From positions 62,248,001 to 62,312,000 of the forward strand of contig OZ024747.1 in NCBI GenBank assembly GCA_964016885.1: a stretch of DNA of 64,000 nt. Reading direction: 5' to 3'. The notes beneath the pieces are model-generated. The model did no database searches. It was not told where the DNA came from and saw nothing but the letters and a program-made list of their open reading frames with translations. Position numbers and translations under genes: made by a program. Below, in pieces: positions 56,253-64,000 of this stretch (position 1 is its first letter; each line of letters starts with the position of its first letter). The stretch comes from Eledone cirrhosa. Taxonomy: Eukaryota.

Positions 56253-58523
56253 TATCTTATAACAAAAAGAAAAAGAAAAAGAAAAAGAAAAAGAAAAAAA
56301 AGAGAGAGAGAGAATAAAGAAAGAATCAACCCCAGTATTTGACTGGTACTTTTATATCGACCTCGAAAGAATGAAAGGATTTGAAATCAGAGCGCAGAGA
56401 GCTGAAAGAAATACAGCAAAGTATTCTATGTCACCTTCTAACGACTCTGCCTAATTCATCACTTCATCATTGTGGAAGAACACCGCAATGTTGTTAAACA
56501 GATTAAATCTGGAGGGTCTTAGTTGTATTGGAGAACGTGCTATTTATAAGTCGTACCAAGATTTTTCAGTATATTTTATTCCCCGACTTTCTTTTACTTG
56601 TCGAGATTGACATATTATCCACAAATTACATGTCAGTTACTGAGTTTGAAACAACTGAAATCCATAGCAGAGAAAACAGCATTGCATGTGTAAGACATCT
56701 CACAATTCTGTTTGGTCAAAATTTGGTTTTTGCCTTTTGATTTGTACGTTTATTTTAAAGTTTCTTTTTAACCACATTTCTACATTTTATTTTCTTCATT
56801 CTTAATTTTCATGCTGAGATCATCTTGCATTTTTAGATTAATATTAGTTGACGCAAAGAAAAAAATATTTTAATAACCAGCAACCATAGTTATCAATATA
56901 TACACGATACTGATATCAAAAGCACTTGGAAAAGTCTAAGTCACTGTTCACGCGACAGAGAATGTTTAAAGAATAGTATCATAGAATTGTATATATATAT
57001 CTCGTGTTAGAATAACAGCGAACAACGGCAAACTGACCAGCTATATTGGATTAATGGAAAACCTATTCGAAAACCATTACATTACGTGGACAGCCTTTAC
57101 AAATCAAACAAGTAAAGCATAATAGTTTTATCCAAATATGTCCGAGTACGCAACGAGAACAGTGACAGTAACATCAACATGAAATAGCTAGAAAATCTTT
57201 ACACTGAGTAGCAAAACTATGTGTCTAGCAGAACAATAATAATTATATACAATATAGCCGAACACTCAAACTAACATCGATAATAATATGAAAGTCTTTA
57301 CACTAGAGCAGTAAAACCATGTGTCTAGCAGAACAGTACCATATATTAACACAGTTCTAGGAGATCATTACCACAGTTCTATAAGATCGAAGACGCATGG
57401 CTTTGTGGTTAGAGTATTGGGTATACAATCGTGCGGTTATGAGTTCGATTCTCAGACCGGATGATGCGTTGTAGAAATAAGTTGCGACGTCAATAGTGCC
57501 AAGCTGTATTAGCCATTGCCTTTCTCTTGGACAACATCGGTGACGTGGAGAGGGGGGGGGGGGACAAGTATGTGACTGCTAGTCTTTCGTCTTTCACAAA
57601 GAAACCTTGCCCAAGCTTGTGCCTTGGAGGGAAAACTTTCTAAGTGCAAAACCATGAACATTCGTGACCGATCGGGGCTTTTAAAAATAACATCATTAAC
57701 AAACAATATGAGATGGTTTCTAAATGCAGACATAGAGCAGAGATGCTGTTTAAAAATATGTAATACTCTAGAAAAAGGCTGTGAACCAAAATGAGGATAT
57801 ATGTACTGGTGGTTCCACGCTTTAGTGTTTGTTAACAGCTTTCTAAGTATCCTGGATGGGGTGGGAAGGTCGGCGGTAAACTCAAGGATTGTCCTGGGAA
57901 GTACACACTGTAGCTATCTTACTGAATCCAAGGTGTCGCCCATTGAGATCAAACTCTGAACCACTTGGTTGCCAAGCTCACCTCATGATCAGACAACCAC
58001 CAATGCGCCAACAGCCGATACATGATTAACATAAAAGAGAAAAATCATGTCAGAATATAGATGCAAATATCTTACATAATATACACCAGAGTATGTAAAA
58101 AGTATCTTTATTGTAATAGACACATAAAATGAAGCTGAAACATTTAAAAAAAAAAAATGTATTCGGAAAATAACTAGTTCTTCATTTTAATTCTTTGCTG
58201 CATAAATAACGCTTTCTGCCTTTCGCTAAACATATTCTTAGATATAAACAGGATATCAGTATAACGACACATTATTTATACATGCAGGAGGATATCGAAT
58301 GTCTACATATAGATAAAAAAAAAAAAATCTCTTTTATATAAAAACACTTTTGTGGAAAGTATTTTAGATTCACTTCTACAAAAGCAGCTTTACACATAAA
58401 CATATTGAAAGGATAAAATAAATTAGTCAACCGAATTATAACAATAGTAAAAAGACAAGGTTAACACAACAAAAGCAAAAAGACATATACTGTGCATAAT
58501 GTGGAGTAATAACAAACAGAATA

Positions 58524-59022
58524 TCTTCTATATATATAAAAGCGAGGATGTGTGTGTGTGTCTGTGGACAACTTTGGACAGGTAAGGCTTTTACAATTCC
58601 CAACCAAATTTGACCAAATTTTCTGTGCACGTTGCACCTGTCGCTAAGATGGTCACATCACAAATCGACCCACGTTGAGCAATAAAACATCGATAGCAAA
58701 ATTATTTTTTCTAAAGTGCATGATGTAAGGTAGAAATCAATCAAAACAAAATCCTTATGGGACTTTCCATTTAAACTGTTGGGACCTACAACTTTTCAGC
58801 TGTAACTTGCACATTTTTTTGTCACCCGCGACAAAATTGTAGGTGTTTATTCTCTGCACTACAAGGGTCTTAAGCGAGCATCGATTTTCTTCTAAGTCAC
58901 ATGCCTGTGTCAGCAAACCCATAAAAACTAAATCCTTATGGGATTTTCCATTCAATTTACTTCTTAGCTGTATATTCTTAGCATAATTTCAAACCCCGGG
59001 CAACGCCGGGTAAATTTGCTAG
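58524..59022 (+). mobile_element. Complete non-autonomous Helitron (about 500 bp)
   Basis: A|TCTTCTATATATATAAAAG start; cccggg caa cgccggg hairpin then CTAG|T end; no TSD. Confidence 0.88.
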
Positions 59023-59139
59023 TATATTATATGAATCATGTGTATATAGAATATATATGAGACGACGAATTATTTGACTTTTCTTCTCTTTCCCTTCTTT
59101 CCTTTACTATCCAGGAAAAACTTGAACCGTTAAGATCTT

Positions 59140-59280
59140 CTTCCTGGTTATGTCAATATTTATAAAACAAACTTTGTATTTTATCTGATGAGAGCGTACC
59201 AAAGTTTTGGTACCCTTGAAATATATATAATAGAATAAATATGGTTTTATAAATATAGTTTCCATTTATTTAATATCATT
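59140..59280 (+). ncRNA. Hammerhead-containing pLTR-like repeat
   Basis: ttat-CTGATGA-gagcgtaccaaa g ttttggtaccctt-GAAATATATA^taa at 59185; tail nearly identical to the 8708 family. Confidence 0.8.
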
Positions 59281-59287
59281 GTGTGTG

Positions 59288-59346
<59 letters not shown>

Positions 59347-59401
59347 CGTTTCTGAATTTGTTTAGCAAGATTCTTTATCTGAAAACGTGTGTTGAAACCG
59401 A

Positions 59402-59809
59402 TATTGTTATACTTTGGGAGGGTCATGTTGCCAATAAGAAACACACGCACCAGTTGCTTTCACTTCAATTTATTATAATAAATTTATAAATTTCCGGTTG
59501 GTTGGTTGGTTCCACAACCAGATGATTGTTTATATATTGTCAAAGTTCTTTCGTCACGCATTCTGTGACCTCTTCAGTGACTGGGGATTCTTTTCTTTGT
59601 TTTTGTGCCTCTCCTTTGTTCTGTCCTACGCCATCTTGATGGCGTAGGACAGAACCAATATATAAACAATCATCTGGTTGTGGAACCAACCAACCAACCG
59701 GAAATTTATAAATTCCTAAATTTATAAATTTATTATAATAAATTGAAGTGAAAGCAAGTGGTGCGTGTGTTTCTTATTGGCAACATGACCCTCCCAAAGT
59801 ATAACAATA
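59402..59809. repeat. Fold-back element with about 140-bp arms, central hammerhead (-) and a perfect internal hairpin
   Basis: Arms 59402-59539 and 59657-59809; reverse complement gtca-CTGAAGA-g-gtcac agaatgc gtgac-GAAAG aa CTT^tgac at 59539-59581; hairpin gttctgtcctacgccatc tt gatggcgtaggacagaac. Confidence 0.85.
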
Positions 59810-59862
59810 TATATATATATGTATGTGTGTGTATGTATGTATACATGTATATGTATATACGC

Positions 59863-59908
<46 letters not shown>

Positions 59909-60046
59909 GCACACACACATATATATCGAATAATATACGATATGTTTGCGAATAAACATATAATAGACTTTGACTATGAATTTTAAAGGTGATGATTGAC
60001 GTCATCTATCTTGTTCCAGCCGAAGCAAGGGGAAGCAACCGACAGC

Positions 60047-60231
60047 TGTTTCTGACTGTTAGGCCGTTGTTATGGTTACGCACCCTCCCTTGCCTCCTAT
60101 TGTAACTCAAATAACCTGAAAATATATAGTTTTATCGCTTATGTATATTCGCTGATTAGCCTCATTTACATACGGAGCTTTAGGCTGGCTCAGTCTGAAT
60201 AAGAAATAGAATTAAGATGTTCACGTCAACA
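60047..60231 (+). mobile_element. Possible short solo LTR
   Basis: TGTT...AACA termini flanked by a 4-bp CAGC duplication. Confidence 0.35.
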
Positions 60232-60537
60232 CAGCTGTATACATATATGAATGTGACGTTTGTATATCGTGTACATATATTTTCCAAACATTTTTGTAAC
60301 AATCCTTTCTAAGCTTTCATATACCTACATGTTCTCTCCCTATCCGAACTTTCCATTTCCCCACGAAGAGCTTTCGTCCGAAACATCGAACCCTCTTCCA
60401 TTTCCTCCCAAATGTGATCCTAGTAAGACTTTGAAATTTTGCATCCCTGTGCTTCTTTTGTTTTATTTGTTCAACTATACCCCCTCCCCTCCCCCATATA
60501 TATATACGTACACACACACACACACACACATATCGTG

Positions 60538-60665
60538 AAGGCTGAATGGTTAGAGAATTGGATTCGCAATCGTGAGGTTGTGAGTTCGACTCCCGGACCG
60601 GGCGATGCGTTATGTCCTTGAGCAAGACACTTTATTTCACGTTGCTACTTCTACCTGGAGTTGCG
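60538..60665 (+). mobile_element. tRNA-derived SINE family B (other copies at about 16920-17195 -, 55320-55620 -, 57390-57670 + and 62950-63072 -)
   Basis: ggctgaatggttagag A box, gagttcgactcc B box, then conserved tgtccttgagcaagacactttatttcacgttgct. Confidence 0.8.
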
Positions 60666-60746
60666 ACCGACAGATAGTATTAGCAAAGCTTCGATTTGAC
60701 AAACTCCACTCCGCTCGTTAAGCGAATGAGGTCTGTGATCTTGTCG

Positions 60747-60815
<69 letters not shown>

Positions 60816-61112
60816 TCCATTGTATGATCATGTGTATAATAAATATAAAATACAATCTTTTCGAGGAGGATGGTTGTTATTTTTAGGTAATAAGTGTCAA
60901 AATACTTGAGAATCTCCTAACTAGTAGTTTCAAGCTTTTAAGAAAAGAGAAGCTGAGAGCATTTCCATGTTTTTCAAAATTGGTGAAACGTGAAACTGAA
61001 AGGAGAATCCAACAGTTTTTTTCTTTTCAAATTAATTTAATGAAAAATGTCAAACTTTGCAACAGATAATGGAGAGGAAAAACAGCATTAATTTACAATA
61101 AAAATAATAATA

Positions 61113-61503
61113 ATTGTTTCTACTCTTTGGCACAAGGCCAGCAATTACACAGTGCATTACTGGTACTTTATTTTATCGACCCCGTAAGGATGAAAGGCAA
61201 AGTTAACCTCGGCGGGATTTGAACTCAGATCATAAAGGGCCGTAACTCTATGCTACAAAGCATGGCGTCCGACCCTCTACCGATACTGTTAATCCACCGC
61301 CCGATGATGATAATAATAATTGTTACTACTCTTTGGCACAAGGCCAGCAATTACCCAGTGCATTACTGGTACTTTATTTTATCGACCCCGTAAGGATGAA
61401 AGGCAAAGTCAACCTCGGCGGGATTTGAACTCAGACCGTAAAGGGACGTAACTATGCTGGAAAACATGGCGTCCGACTCTCTACCGATACTGCCAATCCA
61501 CCA
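61113..61503 (-). mobile_element. Tandem pair of SINE family A
   Basis: Two near-identical units of about 190 bp separated by gatgatgataataataa. Confidence 0.88.
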
Positions 61504-62395
61504 ATTTATGATGTAAATGAGGATTATTTCTCAGATATTTCACAGTGAACATGTTTATGAAAAGAGTATATGTAACACAGAAAAAAGTAAAACGGCAACA
61601 TAATAATTAATATACTACTACTACTACTACTGTTACTACTACTACTACTACTACTACTATTACTACTGTTACTACTACTGTTACTACTACTATTACTACT
61701 ACCACTGTTACTACTACTACTACTGCTACTACTACTATTACTACTAGTAGTACAACAACAACAACAACAACAACAACTACTACTACTGCTACTACCACCA
61801 CCATTACTACTACTACTCCAACTACTCCTAGTACTACTAGTACTACTGCTGCTTCTACTACTGCTACTACCACCATATTACTACTACTACCCCTACTACT
61901 ACTATCACCACCTCTACCACTACTACCACCGCCACCACCCCTACCATACCACCCCTACCACCACCATACCACCCCTACTACTATTACTACCACCACCACC
62001 CCTACTACCACCACCACTACTATTACCACCACCACCCCTACCCCTACCACCACCACCACACCACTACTACTACTACCCCCCCTACCCCTACCACTACCAC
62101 TACTACCACCACTACTACTACTACTAGTATGTTCCACTATATTACATGATTGGATAACATTAATGTAAATTGCTAGAAAAAGTAATTATCTTGTGTCAAT
62201 GTGGTGAAACATAATGACTGAGACAGCGGAGTAGGGGAGAGAGAGGGGGAGAGTATGTGTGTGTGAGATAGAGAGGGTGAGGGAGAGGGGGACGAAAGAG
62301 GTGACAGAGAGGGAGAGCGAGGGGGAAGAGAGTGAGAGAGAAGGGGGGGGGGGAGTGAGCGAGAAGGAGAGAGAAGGGGAAGATGGAGAAAGGAA

Positions 62396-62432
<37 letters not shown>

Positions 62433-64000
62433 CTAGATAGAGAGATAGAGAGGGGGAGAAAGTTAGTTGTATTAAGATATATTTCTTTATTAATATACAA
62501 AATATAATTTAGAGATATATCAGATGAAAGAATGATATTTAACTAATGTATTGGTACGCGATGGGGCCCACCCACAGCCCCGGGGACAGAATGGAGAAGG
62601 CGTTTCCCCGGAGGACGGCAAGGGAGACGCTAAGATACCAATATTAACTGAGTTGATCAGGTAACAAGCAATCATTTGAAACTTTAACATTTATGGTGAC
62701 GTCACCGCATGTTAACGTCCCCATTATGTTGACATCATTGTTACGTTTTGTTGACGTACTACTACGTTATATTGACGTCATCACATTATTGTCTTTATGG
62801 CCACTGGATTGGCATAGTCATTAGATCCTTCTGGGATCGATAAAATAAAGTACCAATCAAGAGGAACGATCGACTTTCGTCAAATCGGACCGAGGAAACA
62901 ATGTTTCTATTGGTCATTCCAATTGCTAATACTATCTATCGGTCGCAACTCGAGATAGAAAGAGCAACGTGAAAAATAAAGTGTCTTGCTCAGGGACATA
63001 ACGCATCGCCCAGTTCGGGAATCGAACTGACAACCTCACGATTGCGAATCCAATTCTCTAACCACTCAGCCACAAGAACTGGGCCAATATATTTCACTCC
63101 CACCTCACATCAAATTGCTGGCATTGTGTCTACAATAGAAACTATTATTGTAATCATGATCAAGATAGTTACTTAACAGTCGGTCACGCCCACAACACAA
63201 TAAGTATATAGTTTTGTGAAACAGCAGCAATGGAGTTTCGTTGTCATAAAGTGCGAAATGAATTCAGTCGAATTTCACCAAAGACCCACATATATATATA
63301 GCTGAACGAGGTGTTGTGTCCAACTGGACGTATCAACACAGTATTAAACCCCTTCCCCCAAACAGTTAGTTGGTTCAATAAATTGGTGTAGTTTCTTCCC
63401 ATCCTTAATGCTGAGGGTCGGAGACCATGGACTACGGCACCAATGTAAATCTATATGATACTGCATGTCCTTAATTCTCATCGGGGAAAAGTGATGTCGG
63501 TGAGTTCCGAATCACCGTCCGTCAATTACTCAGAAACTGGTTACCAAGTTGCAGGTCATCTGTGGTCATCACAATGTTGAAACCATTGGCCACTTGAAAG
63601 TTTGTCTTCAAGGCGACTAAGGTGTTCCGTCTACTATGGTTTTGAAATCAGAATGATCCTTCTCCTAGACAGACTGCCAACCAAGGTGGAACATTAAACT
63701 GCATCTAGTTCGGGAGTTCGGGAGCTGTGGGGAATATGGAGTTACACCTTAGTTGTTTTCACTCCAAGGTCTGCTCTAGCCCGGAGCATTTATGGACTAA
63801 ATAATTACCGTACTCGAGTGGCACCGGTAAGGTATTATCAGCCATTGGGGAAAAATAGGCTAACAAGGTCTGTTTACTTGTATTGGATCACTATTGACTC
63901 TCCTGAAAACCTCCGCCTTTTGGCGGGTTTTGTTTTTCATCTCGCAAGGTGTCCAAAATTAACCCTTCTCACCAAGCAAGCTTAGTGGGGTTGTCGGTTT

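Noticed and set aside
60538-60612. tRNA gene
   Set aside because: A/B boxes are present but the acceptor stem is missing and the sequence runs into a multi-copy SINE body
62548-62645. GC-rich island with ccgggg/ccccgg pairing, possible ribozyme
   Set aside because: No recognisable hammerhead, HDV or twister core could be fitted by eye

Overview
AT-rich, microsatellite-dense eukaryotic (animal) DNA. The SINE types and the KRAB-less single-exon C2H2 arrays suggest an octopus or other coleoid cephalopod (inference). The only host genes are three tandem-duplicated C2H2 zinc-finger coding exons (25.5-34.0 kb) plus a ZNF pseudogene, one of whose broken fingers has amplified into an 80-bp minisatellite. 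The rest is mobile DNA: R4-, CRE-, Tx1-, RTE- and CR1-type LINE fragments, Penelope-like elements (PLEs), Merlin, maT (DD37D), a FLYWCH MULE with 9-bp TSD, Helitrons and two tRNA-derived SINE families. The most striking hidden layer is a dense set of type I hammerhead ribozyme motifs, about 13 with intact cores plus degenerate ones. They belong to several small families that sit in (TA)n or (CA)n tracts as tandem, retrozyme-like units or as fold-back palindromes whose junctions often map onto ribozyme helices. Other notable signals are a Tx1-like LINE group inserted almost only in (AGAT)n repeats, and a ZNF array built like alternative terminal exons bracketed by inverted RTE pieces. Most short ORFs in the supplied track are microsatellite artefacts. 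Coordinates of degenerate repeats are approximate.
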